This document shows positions 25,601 to 39,774 of a stretch of 64,000 bases of DNA, piece by piece. Position 1 is the first letter of the stretch, and each line of letters begins with the position of its first letter. The position numbers were made by a program, and so were the translations under genes. The DNA comes from Octopus vulgaris (Eukaryota). Below the pieces are notes generated by a model. It was not told the origin of the DNA, searched no databases, and saw only the letters and a list, made by a program, of their open reading frames with translations. The stretch covers positions 82,336,001-82,400,000 of the forward strand of contig OX597819.1 in the NCBI GenBank assembly GCA_951406725.2. Direction: 5' to 3'.

Positions 25601-26599
25601 CTATCTTTTGAAGTTAGTTAAACGAAATTGCATAGAAAAATCAACTACTTTCACTTTCATCTCTAAAACCCCTATAAATTTAAAGGCTTATACTAAACAA
25701 ACTGCTAAAATATAGAAATACACACATATGCTGTATAGTAAAATGTACTACCCTCTCCTCCTCCAAGTGTTTCGTTTCAAGCTTAAGAATCGATTTCAAT
25801 TCCCGGTTGAAATTTTTTACGACGCTTTTCCTTCAGGACGTCACTGACAAATTTGGGGTACTTGTTATTTATTTGTAGCTTCAAAATTTAAATACAAATC
25901 TCTCAGGTCCTTGGCACGAAGTTTTATAATCACCATTTTCCTTCCTATTCTAAAATTAACTGCAAAATTTAGTTGGCAGCGACAATTTTCTACATGAATA
26001 TTTCAGGTGATGTACCTACCTCTATGAGAAATCCTCAACCTCATTTAATTCAGAAATATTATCTCAATCCATTACAACAGTGTCTGTATATTTAAGGCTC
26101 TTAACCTGAATAAAAAATTTATCCCTGCGTTGTTAAGGCCTTTATATCGCTCAAAATGCTACGGGGATTGTTCTGCTTTAAAGGAAAATATTGCTGCAGC
26201 GGATAGTAGGTTTTCCGAAGAGAAAGAACAAGTATTTTAATTATTTCTGTTACATTATCATCTATTTTCCCTTCTGTTAACTCAACAGAACCGAATATTT
26301 TGAATTACTATCCTGTACTCACATGTATAGAACTCAAAATCTCATCTTCCTATCGTTGTTTTTATTAATTTTATTTTTTAATTTTCAACAGTTACTTCTT
26401 TTTTTCGTTATAAATATATATAACATCCCCAAAACTCCGCCCAGATCAGCTTTGCTCTATCTATTCTGTCGACAGAACATAAAATTTATTAAACGAAAGT
26501 TTTAGAAACCTACCAATTATAAAAGTACATTAGTTAATTTTCGTTGGATAATTTACAGAGGAAACCTATAAAGTTAGCTTTGATAATAAGCTCTGCAAA

Positions 26600-26800
26600 G
26601 ATTTCTTATAAACTCCACCGTAACCGCAAGGAACGATTAGATTACCTTGCAGGTGTTCGTTGCAATTAATTTATAATGGACGAAATTTGTTGTTGCTAAT
26701 GTTATTGTGTGCCTTGGACATAATGATTGCAGTGTTGCATCTGTTGTTTACTTAAACTCTTCGAACCTCCACTTTTCTCCATCGCATTCTAGCTTTGCCT

Positions 26801-26843
<43 letters not shown>

Positions 26844-27609
26844 TACACACACAGCTTAGTAGTCAACATCGGTTCCATGCTAAGATCGATATTGCCTGCA
26901 AACTCGCCACTATTTTGGAGTAGCACTTTTCTCTCTCTTTCTCTCTCTCTCTCTCAGACCATATTTGATCGTAGTTCTCTGTACGTTTATGTTGTATAAT
27001 CTATCCGCAAACAAATATATGCTTTGAGTATAATTACACCAGTTTGTAAATTAATATTTAGAAATTAACACGGCGGTTTCAAGCGGACCTACATTTTACG
27101 ATTCGGTTTCCCTGAAATATCTATCTATCTGTCTATTTATCTATCTATTTATCTGTCTGTCTGTAAGGAGGGGGAGGGATTCGGTCAGCCTAATGTAATT
27201 ATTCTTGTGTTGTTTGTTTTTAAGAAAGAAAGATATTTCTTATTGGGTTGAGACCTTGCGTGAGTTCGCTGAAATGTTATTTTTTTACGTCTAAACTCGT
27301 AAGAAGCCGTTTTTATGCTTGTTTTTTTTTGTTTGTTTAAACCCTTCATAATTTTATATGTATGTATCGGTGAATGGATGTTCACGTACAGCTGTGTTGT
27401 CACAGCTACAAAAAAAAAAAAAAGACTTGTATACGAATAGTTTCCTACATATTTTTTTTTTACTCACACTATTGCCTGGCTTTAGGATTTTCTATTATTG
27501 TCATAAAAAAAAAAGATGAATAAAAGTTTGGATTTTGCATGTGTAAACACACACACACATAAACATATAAAACATATTCTTTTCTCTTGGAGTATAAAAC
27601 TGCCCAGGT
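26600..27609 (+). promoter_or_regulatory. Possible promoter / non-coding first exon
   Basis: TE-free, CpG-retaining unique DNA with (CT)n tracts, ending at donor-like cccag|gtagat (27608), just before the CpG-poor zone. Confidence 0.25.
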
Positions 27610-28282
27610 AGATTTCTTTATTCATCAGTCGCGATCTTTTCAATACATTTGATTTTCATTTAACGTTTCTTTCTCTTCTCTCCTTAATTCATTCAATGTG
27701 TGTAATTTTCTACAATAAATTTTGCAATGTAATATTTTTCTTTTCGCTTTGCGTAAATCAAACAAACTGTATATGCGTTATCTAATTATTTTGCCACATT
27801 CAAAAGTTTACCAATTTTTGTTTTCAACAAATTAAGTTATTAAAAAAAGAAAGAAAAAATTCAAAAGATAGCTTAATTCTTATATGTTTAGAAAATATCA
27901 TCCTATTGGTATCTTTTTAATGATATCGTACTGCAAGTCTCCTTCTAAAGCCAAAAACAAAAACTACATGTTTGGAAAACAGATGTTATTGATTATTTCA
28001 ACAATATCTATTTACTTTGTTTACATTCCTTCAAAGTAAGTTGATTGTATTTTAGAAACATTTCAAATTATAATAATTAACAAAAACATTTTTTTTTAAA
28101 TATCAGAAGACAAATTTTTCAGTGGAAACGGTCATGAATTTCTTTGTTTCTTTCTAAAACTTTGAATTTGTGAGTGGATTCTATTGTCATTTAGAGCAAA
28201 TAAGACCGTGATGTATATTTGTGTGTGTGCGCGAACACGAACATTCTAATTATGTACATCCAAATCATGTGTGTATTTGTGG

Positions 28283-28330
<48 letters not shown>

Positions 28331-28756
28331 ATACATACATACATACACACACATATCTACTTGCATGCACACATCCATTCATACATGCATTTGTATATCA
28401 TCGTCGTTGCAATCTTTCATTGTAACGTTTTTACCTCCTCTTTTCCATGCTTGTTAAGAGTGCACGTGTCTATGGAATGGTCAGCCCTTTACATGGTTAG
28501 CTCATCACGAAACCTCTGCAGTTGATCAAACAACAGCATCCTAATCGTCGATTGAGGAGATAGGCTTTTTTCAACGTAATATTTATGCGCTAGTAGTTAT
28601 AGCTTTTCTACTTCGATTTCACTCGTTGAAAACGAAAATGGAACTGTGTGTGTGTGTGTGCATATATTTAAAACACACGTATACATCAAATATATATACA
28701 CTACTCTGCGTTTTCAATATTGAGTATCTCTAGATCTCACCTGTTGACTATAATAA

Positions 28757-28814
<58 letters not shown>

Positions 28815-28861
28815 TATATATTATAGTATATATATATATATATATATATCATGTATGTGAT

Positions 28862-28900
<39 letters not shown>

Positions 28901-28964
28901 CATATATATACATATATATGTGAGTGTGTGTGTGTGTGTGTGTGTGTGATATACATATATAAAT

Positions 28965-29026
<62 letters not shown>

Positions 29027-29751
29027 GTGTGTCATTATCATCACCACTTTTACATCCAACCCATGATGTTTTGTCACAGGCAGTAATATGTTATTGAGGA
29101 TCACTACCCATCAAGACAGCACTCATATATGTCGCTTTGCTGGGTTTCAACAGCTAGATGCCTTTCCTATCACCTAACAGAGTACTGGATGCAATTTCTC
29201 TTCACTGAAACATTATAAAGGTTAAATAAAGGTACCTCAGAAGCTTATGCTTGCTCTACTCATTTGCCAACTTATTTCTCAGCATGTACTGAGTGCATTA
29301 CCGTGTTTTCAGCTCTAGAGAGATTGTCTCACTCCCCAGTTAGTCCTGAGAGGATACAATTAGTTGGCTTTCTCTTGTGGCACTAATATAAGTGGGTTGG
29401 TACCTTGTGTCAAAGAGAATGTAGGGAACACAAAATGAACCATCACATATAGACCGGAGAAGGCAATGAGTGGGGGTAAAGGATGCCAGCTGTGAGGCCA
29501 GATGTGAGTGAAGGGATCAAGTGTATAAGTGCTTTGAGTGTATCCTAGAGATTGTACATTGATTCAGATGACCAACAAGAAGATAAGATGAAAGAGTGAT
29601 GACATTTAAAGGACTGAGATAGCTAGGTTGAAGGAAAGAGTTATAGTATGATGTAAGCAGCAGCATTATTTGAAGGAGAATTGGCAACAACAGAGTTAGA
29701 TGAGAGGAAGGGTGAGTAAGATAAAAGGAGATGGTGGTTAAAAAAAGTGTC

Positions 29752-29783
<32 letters not shown>

Positions 29784-29879
29784 CAATGATTTATAGAAGA
29801 GATGGATGAAGAGGGCAAAGGAAATTCACTAGAGAAGAATTATTGAGGAGAGTTCAATGCAGCCTCATATATGCAGGCT

Positions 29880-30290
29880 TAGTGAAGAGCAAGGGAGTCA
29901 GAAGAATGAAGAGGGTCCTCTGCAGTCTGTTATACATGGATCCAGTGGAAGAATAAGATCAGACCGATTGGGGAGGAGTAAGCAATAAAGATGTAGACTG
30001 ATGCATATGGAGGGTAACTGATGCCTGAAGAAGTACCAAGAACTCATATGGATTTCATGGAAGAGAGTGACCAAGAAATATTTTGGATAAAGTGATGAGA
30101 GCTGATCTGAAAATGTTGCATCCCATGGAGGAGATGACAAAGACTGAACTGAACAGTGATAATTAGTCCTGCAGAAAACCTGACTGCCTTTATACATAAA
30201 CATACCAAGGTATCTCAGCCTATAATCTCTGTTTATAGGCTGAGATTGAACTCTGCTAAGAATTAATAATACATCTGCCCCACATTTCTT
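29880..30290 (-). mobile_element. CR1/L2-like LINE 3' relic
   Basis: Degenerate minus frame ending ...LILPLDPCITDCRGPSSFF, resembling the C-terminal 'SFF' motif of these LINEs. Confidence 0.4.
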
Positions 30291-30591
30291 TGAATCCTCT
30301 AAAACCCCCAGCATAACTAAAAATATATGCATGTGTATGTGTCTGTAAATATATATATATGCACACACACACATACACAAATATATGACCTGTATAATAC
30401 ACATATAGTATATATATATATATAATACTTATACATATATGTAAATACATATTATATATATATGTATATCACACACGCACAAGCATACACACATATCTAT
30501 TCTACACTCTACCCATCATATTGACTTCTATTCCAGAGAAAGTTTGTACCATGTAAAATATTTCAGTGATACATTTTACATATTCTTTTCT

Positions 30592-30800
30592 ACTCTAGGC
30601 ACAAGGCCTGAAATTTTGGGGGAGTGGGGCCAGTCAATTAGATCGACCCCAGAATACAACTGGTACTTAATTTATTAACCCTGAAAGAATGAAAGGCCAA
30701 GTCAACCTCAGCAGAATTTGAACTCAGAACATTAAAAACAGACGAAATACCAATAAGCATTTCACCCGGTGTGCTAACATTTAAGCCAGCTTGCCACCTT
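30592..30800 (-). mobile_element. SINE family B
   Basis: ctggtacttaatttattaaccctgaaagaatgaaaggccaagtcaacctcagcagaatttgaactcag. Confidence 0.75.
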
Positions 30801-30859
30801 GTTACATTTGGGCATACACATGAATGATTGTGTGTATGTTTATAGATATATATATATAT

Positions 30860-30965
<106 letters not shown>

Positions 30966-31564
30966 TGTCATCACTTTCTCTTCCCTACCTTCCCTCTAAT
31001 TCATATTATTTATCATTGATGATTCCCCAGTCCTTCTTTATCATCATTCATATTCTAATCCACTACTACCTCATATTGAACTATCCCTCACTCTCCCCAT
31101 CACTCTTGCAAATACTTATTCTGTCTCTTTACATTCTGTGTTCAAATCCTTCCAAATTAAATTTTGCCCTAAAGTGAATTTCATTATCTCTTTTATTAAG
31201 TACCAGTTAAGCATACTATCTATCAATTTCTCTATCTGTCTATCTATCTATCTATCTATCCAATTTATTCAATTTGTTTGTCTGTTCGTACATATGCTCA
31301 CACAGACACAAATACATATACATGCACATAGATAGATAGATAGATAGATAGGTAGATAGATAAATAGATAGATAGATAGGCAGACTGATGGTTAGATAGA
31401 TACACAGATAATATATATATCAATCTATATATGTATATATAGATATGGATATATTACACCAACACACATAATAGATATTTATGCATATTTGTATGTGCAT
31501 ATATATAAATATATATATATATATATATGTTGTGTTTTCTCTTTGTGTTTTCATGTTTGGATTA

Positions 31565-31600
<36 letters not shown>

Positions 31601-32596
31601 AACAAACATACATAAATGCATGCATTCATGCACACATATATATATGTACATATGCACGTAAGTATATATGCACACACACACACATATATATGTATGTATA
31701 TATATGATAATGCTGTTGATAATGATCTTGAAGTTTCTCTGAAGGTGCCTGCTTCAAACATTTGAATGAAGCATTACCTATTATAGTTGGGTTTTTTTAT
31801 ATTTAACAAAATTTATTTGCCATGCATTTTGTTTCAGCATTTTGATCCGTTTTGCAGAAAACTTGTTTGTAATTAGCCACATGCAAGCATGCACACACAC
31901 ATGCATTCACACACACGCACACATACACAAACATGCACACACATATGCAAGCATGTATGTATGTATGTATGCAAACACATGCATTCACATATACTGAAGC
32001 TGTATACATATGTACACATGAACACATGTGGCAATTATTCTAGCATGTAACACTGGCACTGTTTATCCTGTTCACCCCTCATTCAATAATAGCTGCACCA
32101 GGAGATCTATGCAGCTATCGCTGTATTCTGTAGAAGTGCTGATTCTGTCTTGGGGACTGAGACTGTTACTTAACGTAGCGTGTCTTCTGTAACAACAGCT
32201 ATTAACAACAAACATATTCCTTTCCTTTTAAAAGTGAAAGTAGTTAAGCAAAGAGAGATTGACTTAGTATTCTTCTTATTCTTTATATTATTTCAAATAT
32301 TATTTGTTTTTTTGTTTAATTTTGAATATTCAAACATTATTTTTCTACAACGAAAGGACTTAGTTATGTTTTACTCCACCCCCATTATGTTGGAATTTCC
32401 CTTCTCCTCACACCATACTCTTAGTTTTGTTTTCTTATTTAGCCCATGATTACTTTTCTGATTTTTATGAAACAAAACAAAAGAAATCTAAGAATATATT
32501 ATTCTTAGACTAACCATCTCAAAAAATTTCCTAATATATATTCCAAAATTCTGTTCAAACTTTGGTTGCTTTCGTACAAAAGCAATTCTTACAAAA

Positions 32597-32744
32597 ATGC
32601 ATCTAATCACTGGATTTACTGACAAATTAATGAACTTTTTCAAGAACAATCTGTTGCTGGTTGTTTTTTGCCTTTTTGGAATGTTCTGGTGTGCATTAGC
32701 AGCACTAATGATTTATGAATACTCAACTTTAATTTTGCCAGTAG
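32597..32744 (+). CDS. Candidate first coding exon: N-terminal membrane-anchor / signal-anchor protein
   Basis: caaaaATG context; MHLITGFTDKLMNFFKNNLLLVVFCLFGMFWCALAALMIYEYSTLILPV; phase-1 donor AG|GTGAGT at 32745; lies in unique non-repetitive DNA. Confidence 0.6.
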
Positions 32745-33240
32745 GTGAGTAGTCCCCAGAAAATGGAAACAGCTTACTTTGTTTAAAAAGTTTTTAATCA
32801 TTTTCTACATTCTTAGGAATTTACATTGAGATGTATAACCGAAATTTTACTTTCTATTGTAGTCAAAAACATTGTGTACTATAATTTTTCTATCCGTTAT
32901 ATATTTCATAACTTCCATCATCTCAAAGATTTCTCATAAAATAAACAGTATAATTTTTCCTAATATTTGGCAAAAATAAATAAATAAATAAAAGGAAAAA
33001 AAGGAGAATAATGTGGATCCAGTGTGTAACTAAATGGATGGAATACTTGAATAAAAATGCATGCAAACCTTCTAAGTTACTTTTATCATCGAAAATATCT
33101 CACTTTACTTTAGAAATACAATGCATCAATGTGTCTGTGTGATGGGCATATGTGTGTTATTTTGATTTATATATAAATGCCAGTGTAATTGTGCATCTCT
33201 GTATATGTGCGCATGCAAATATACATACATACACACAGAG

Positions 33241-33281
<41 letters not shown>

Positions 33282-33529
33282 ATGTTAGAAGTTGTCCCTC
33301 TTTTGTGTTTTGTTATCTCTGGTCATTTATCACATAGACGTATGTATAAAATTATACATGTGTGCATCTGGTTATGTGTGCATGTTAGTGTGTGTGTGTA
33401 CATATACGAATGTATATATAGAAGTATGCATGCTTATATATGTCTGTAAGTCTGTATATACATCCAAGCCATGCCAGCATGGAAAGCGGACATTAATCGA
33501 CGATGATGATAATATATATACATATGTGG

Positions 33530-33560
<31 letters not shown>

Positions 33561-33694
33561 CGTGTGTGCACACACACACATGGATATATATATACATATA
33601 CATGCATATATATATGTTTGCATGTATATATATATATATATGTATGTATATGGTGTGTATTTGTATGATATTTACATGATATTAAAGATATAAA

Positions 33695-33733
<39 letters not shown>

Positions 33734-34353
33734 GATACATTTTGGATCTCATGTGTGTTTGCATGTGGTGTGTGTGGGTGGATGACAGTATACGCGCACA
33801 CACACACACACACACACACACCAATGCTCTTTTTCCTAGCCCGTCTATATAAAAATAAACTGGTATGTTTGTTGTGTAGGTAAAAGTTCATATGTTTCTA
33901 AGTCATCTATAACTGAACTTGTTTGTTTCATGTGCACACTCATATATACACCAAAATACACAAATTCAGATTTATGTTTATATAGACAAACAAGAAAAAA
34001 TACATTAATCACTTTACAAGAAATATACACACACACTCACACATAAATATACACATACATACAAGCACACACACGCATGTATATACACTTACATCTGATA
34101 CGTGAAGCATGGGTTAAATGATAAAATGTTTATGATGATATATTTGTACAAACACACAAGAAACCATAACTATTTGAGCTTATAAACTATTTGTTTAATG
34201 ACATGTAAATTGCATAGAAATACATACATGCATTGATCCATACATTCATTCATATATATATATATGTAAATATCCATATGTATATATATGCATATATATA
34301 TACTTATATATATATACACATACACACATACACACATATATGTATATATGCAA

Positions 34354-34390
<37 letters not shown>

Positions 34391-34431
34391 AATACACACA
34401 CACACACACATACATATATATATATGCTTTA

Positions 34432-34718
34432 AGCGTAGTCGTTGCCAGTGCTATCTGACTGGTTCCCGTGCCGGTGGTACCCAAAAAGCACCATTCAAGC
34501 ATGGTAGATGCCAGTACTGCTTAACTGGCTCAAGTGCCAGTGGTGCGTAAAAAGAACCCACAATACTCTTGGAGTGGTTGCCGTTAGGAAGGGCATCCAG
34601 CTGTCAAAATTTTACCTGATCAGATTGGAGCTTGGGGCAGCCTTCTGGCTTGCCAGCCCTCAGTCAAACCATCCAAACCATGCCAGCATGGAATGCGATC
34701 ATTAATCAACGATGATGA
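34432..34718 (+). mobile_element. SINE-like element (same family as 6533-6875)
   Basis: gttgccagtg...ggagtggttgccgttaggaagggcatccagctg...ccatgccagcatggaatgcg...gatgatgat. Confidence 0.8.
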
Positions 34719-34719
34719 T

Positions 34720-35143
34720 AATATATACACATACATATGTGGATATATGTGTGTGCATACACACACATGGATATATATATATATATATATATGTGTGTGT
34801 ATGTATATATATATATATGCATGTATATGTATATATATATATATATGTATATATTCATTTACCTGTATATATATATGTAAATATTTATTTACATGCATAT
34901 ATATATTTACATGTATATATATGTATGCGCATATGGATATATATATATGTATGCATATATATGTGCATATATTATATATATATATACATATATACACATG
35001 TATATATATAAATATACACATAAATTCATGCGCGTTTATAGATATGTATATCACACACACACAAACATATATATATATATATACATATATATGCGCATAA
35101 ATGAATATATGTATATATAGATATATATGCATGTAAATAAATG

Positions 35144-35174
<31 letters not shown>

Positions 35175-35821
35175 GTATATATATTTACGTGCATATATAT
35201 ATTTACACACACACATATATATACATTTATTTACATGCATATATATCTATATATACATATATTCATTTATGCGCAAATATATATATATTTATGCTTATAT
35301 TTATATTTACGTGCATATGCATATTATGTATATGCATATATGTATATATATATGTATAATATATATATGTATGTATAATATATATACATACATAGTATAT
35401 TGCATATACATTTATTTATTTATGTATATTGCAGGTATGTAATGTACATGTGTACATACTTGATATCTATCTATCTACATGTATCTTTTTCTGTATGTAT
35501 GCATGTGTAATGTAGAAATATATATACATATATAATGCTCAATGTGCTTGCATATATGAAAAAATATAGGACATTATACCATTAGATGTGCACACACAAT
35601 ATATATGCATATAAATATATAAATATATATATATATAGATCGATAGATAGATACATACATACATACATGCATATATATATATACATATATATATATATAG
35701 ATAGATACATACATACATATATACATACATACATACATGCATATATACATGCATATATATATATATACATATACATATAGATATATACATATAAATATAC
35801 ATATATATATATACACATATA

Positions 35822-35864
<43 letters not shown>

Positions 35865-35930
35865 ACACACACACACACAAGTATGTACTTAAGCATATAT
35901 GTATACTTGTATGTGTGTGTTCATACACGT
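34720..35930. repeat. Compound TA/CA/TG microsatellite field
   Basis: Low-complexity sequence; source of the YIYI ORFs. Confidence 0.9.
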
Positions 35931-36636
35931 ATTTTGTCAATTATAAGTCATCACTTTTCAACAAGTATTCCATGGTCGCATTGCTAAGACAGTTTAATGT
36001 GATTCAGTGGGGTCGTTGGATGCTATTTTACATCAATGCCATGTTCTGGCATGATTACTTTACCTGGATACTTGTAACTCCGACCACTTTACAGAGTCTT
36101 CTTGATACATTTTTATTTTTGTGGTGCCAGCATATATGCTGGTTGCCCTGTGCTCAGCCCTCTCAAGTCCTGTGACCCATTGCTTGAATTATTTGAATTA
36201 AATACCAGCAATTTAGAGAAGGTATGGTGTGCTTTCTTAATCACCAATACTGTTGGTGTTACCTTGCAACTTGTAAAGGAAAAGAAACCCTATATGATGA
36301 GAGATATAAATTCATTGCAGAAGAATTGGTAAAGGAGAAAATAATAGAGGGAACAGTCCTGTGTTTTGAATAATTGACACTGAGAAGAATAGAAGAGTAA
36401 TGTGAGGGATTTCTATGAAGGTGAGAGGGACAAAGTAACATCAGTAATAAGAAGAATTAGGTAGCTGGACTCATTGAGAAGGTCTGTTTCTCAGCTATAT
36501 CAGCTTCAGTTGTATACTTCATCAAGATCTGAAACAGGTTATATTGGATTTGCAGAGCACTGTAGGTGAGAGACTAGAGAGACAATGTTTGGAATATAGG
36601 TAATAAGAGGTAGATTGAAAAGTAGTGTTAAAGGTT

Positions 36637-36670
<34 letters not shown>

Positions 36671-36699
36671 AGTTAATTAATAGAAGGTGTGAAATATAT

Positions 36700-36992
36700 C
36701 CTTGGTCCGACCAAAGCCTTGTGAGTGGATTTGGTAAACAGAAACTGAAAGAAGCCCGTCGTATATATGTGTGTGTGTGTGTGTGTGTGTTTGAGTGTCT
36801 GTGTTTGTCTCCCCACCATCGCTTGACAACCAATACTGGTGTGTTTACGTCACTATAACTTAGCAGTTCAGCAAAAGGGATTGATAAAATAAGTACTAGG
36901 CTAACAATGAATAAGTCCTGGGGTCGATTTGCTTGATTCAAGGCGGTGCTCCAGCATAGCTGCAGTTAAATGACTGAAACAAGTAAAAGAAT
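36700..36992 (+). mobile_element. SINE family A body and tail
   Basis: ccgaccaaagccttgtgagtggatttgg...ggcggtgctccagcatagctgcagttaaatgactgaaacaagtaaaag. Confidence 0.75.
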
Positions 36993-37224
36993 ATATATAT
37001 ATACTGTATATAATTTATATCATAATGATATTTATTCTCCAGGTTTGTTTATAAAAATGTTATTTATATATATATATTTATATATGTATATCTAGATATA
37101 ATCACACATATGTATGTATCATTTCATTATTTATAATTATATATATATATATATTATCACAAATATATTATTCATATATACATACTTACACACACACACA
37201 CACACATATTTATATATATGTATT

Positions 37225-37740
37225 CCTTTATTCTTTTACTTGTTTTAGTCATTAGACTGCAGCTATGCTGGGCCACTGCCTTCAGGAATTTTAGGCATAC
37301 TAATTGACCCTAGTTCTTATTTTCAAGGCTGGTACTTATTCTATCGATCTCTTTTATTGTGGGCTTCTTTCGGTTTCCATCTACCAAATCCAGTCATGAG
37401 GCTTTGGTCAGCCCAAGGCTATAGTAGAAGACACTTTGCCCGAAGTACTATGCAGTGGGACAAAATCCAGTATCATGTGGTTGGGAAGCAAAATTCCAAC
37501 CACAGAGCCATGCTTGCACATATATATATATATATATCGTCATCATCATCGTCATTTAACGTCCATTGTCCATGCTGGCATAGGAGTCGGCTGCACCAGA
37601 CTCCAGTTTGATTTGGCATGGTTTTCTATGGCTGGATGCCCTTCCAAACACAAACCCCTCCAATAGTGTAATGGGTGCTTTTACATGCCACCAGCATGGG
37701 TTCCAAGTTGCATGACACCGGTATCTGCCATGACTGCAAG
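37225..37740 (-). mobile_element. Cluster of SINE pieces (family A and gat-tail family)
   Basis: Reverse complements of the motifs at 36700-36992 and 6533-6875. Confidence 0.65.
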
Positions 37741-39039
37741 TATGAATAAGATGTATATGAATATATATATATATATATATATATTCATATACATCTTATC
37801 CATACTTGCCTATGTATGAATATAGATATATATTTGTATAGAATATGTCTGTGCTGTAAAACACATCACATAATCAAAAGTTAGGGTCACAAGCAGGTTT
37901 CACATCTCACTACTATATCTTGTGTGGTATAATAGATGTGGGGCATCAAACCGCAAGAGAGACTTGTGTGTGTAATACATGTCTAATAATAATAATAATA
38001 AAATACCAGATATTTATATGTATTCTGTATTTTATTAATATTGTATATGTGTGAATATTGTATGTGTTTGAAGTTGAATATCCATGTCTGTGTGCATAGC
38101 TGTGAGGTAGTTGTAAATGAGTGTCACTGTCATACAAGCAGTGATATCTATTTCCAATGTTCTACAGAAACATATCTAGCTATATGAAAGTATGATCTTG
38201 CTTGGAGATAGGTGCGGGTTGGCATCTGGAAGGGCATTGACTTTCATGAACATTGTTAAAACACAAGCAAGCATGAATCAGATAAATATTACATATATTT
38301 GCATATACCACTGTGTGTAAATGTGTAAAAATATATGCATAGAAGTGTGTGTATACATATATAAATATATATAAGAGACAGATAGATAGATATTCATATG
38401 TTTGTGTATATGTGTGTATATATATATGTGTATGTGTGTATATATACATAATATGTACGTGTGCATATATGTATTTTTAGGTGCATATGTATATATTCAT
38501 ATATATGTGCATACGAATAATTATATTCTTTATGCATATAAAATATATGTATAAATGCATATATATGTGCATACATGCAAGTTTATTCATAAATGTGTCT
38601 TTAAGTGTGTATGTGTGTGTACATGCATGTAATTTGTGAGTAAATTAAAGTGTATTTAAGCCCAAGAGATCAGAGTTCATCATGGTTATTGCATCTGCCT
38701 CCTCAGAGCCACTAATTTAAATTTGGCATTTCAAATCATTAACTGGATATATATGTACACAGACATCCATATAAATACATACATATATATGTGTGTGTGT
38801 GTTTATATGCAAATGAACAAATATATATATGTATATATATGTATGTATATATACATGTATGTATATATATATACCTGTATATATATATATGTGTGTGTAT
38901 ACTTATGCATATATATATGTATATATATATGCATATATATGTTTATCTATGTTTATATACATATATATGTATGTATATATTTGTGTGCATATATATATAT
39001 GTGTGTGTGTGTGTATATATATATGTATATAATTGCTAG

Positions 39040-39600
39040 AGGACAACAAACCTTAAGACAAGGCAAACATCTCAAGTTGTATACAATGTTATCATTGAAA
39101 AATTTCAAAGTCTTACAGCTGTTTCTGGTATATACCTGAGTATGGCATATTCCGTCATGAGAGACAAATAGGGAAAAAATAGGGAAATGAGAATGGTATA
39201 TATTAATGTGATGATGACATACAGAAAGGGAGTAAAAAACTCAGGAGAAAAAATAAAGAGAAAGGAAGCATAAAATTTCATAGTTTAACTTTCCGAATTT
39301 ATAGAAACAAGAGCATGAGTCCTTAGGCGCAATCCTGCATAGATCTATGGATTTGGTTAAAAAGATATAAGTGATGGCTAGAAGAATATTGAGCTTTATT
39401 TGATAGCCAGTTGATCTAGCAAGCAAGGCCTCAATGAAAACAGTGGAGAGACTTAGGAGAAAGAGAAAAGGTAAAAAATATTTATAGAAGTTCACAGCTT
39501 AAGTTTCCAATAGTGTTAATCCATGAGCTATTAGGTACAATCCAATGTAAATCCAGGTAAAATAACATTCCTCATACTGTAGATTTCCAGGAAGAATACT
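39040..39600 (-). mobile_element. Penelope-like element 3' relic
   Basis: Carries the hammerhead motif and a 3' tail (acttgagatgtttgccttgtcttaaggtttgttgtcc) homologous to 24388-24425; upstream coding remnant is weak. Confidence 0.45.
39110..39165 (-). ncRNA. Hammerhead ribozyme-like motif with core mutation (CUCAUGA)
   Basis: Reverse strand gtct-CTCATGA-cggaata...tatacca-GAAAC-agct-GTA-agac; perfect stem I gtct/agac; palindromic ACAGCTGT. Confidence 0.65.
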
Positions 39601-39774
39601 TGCATATCAAAATTTAATAATGGATTAGCACCTTAAACTATAGGAACCTTAAACTATGAACATTTATATATATATATTTTCCTTTTTCTCTCCATCGTTT
39701 CCATAATCTATACCCTCTCACTTTCTCACCATCTGTCTCCAGTGATGGGGATATTCCACATGTTTTTGAGATAT

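Noticed and set aside
27605-27632. Minus-strand CTGATGA-ataaa-GAAA
   Set aside because: No stem II or stem I pairing; chance match.
35930-36620. Possible LINE relic on the minus strand (YKYPG-like remnant)
   Set aside because: Single weak motif; clade and boundaries are not supportable.
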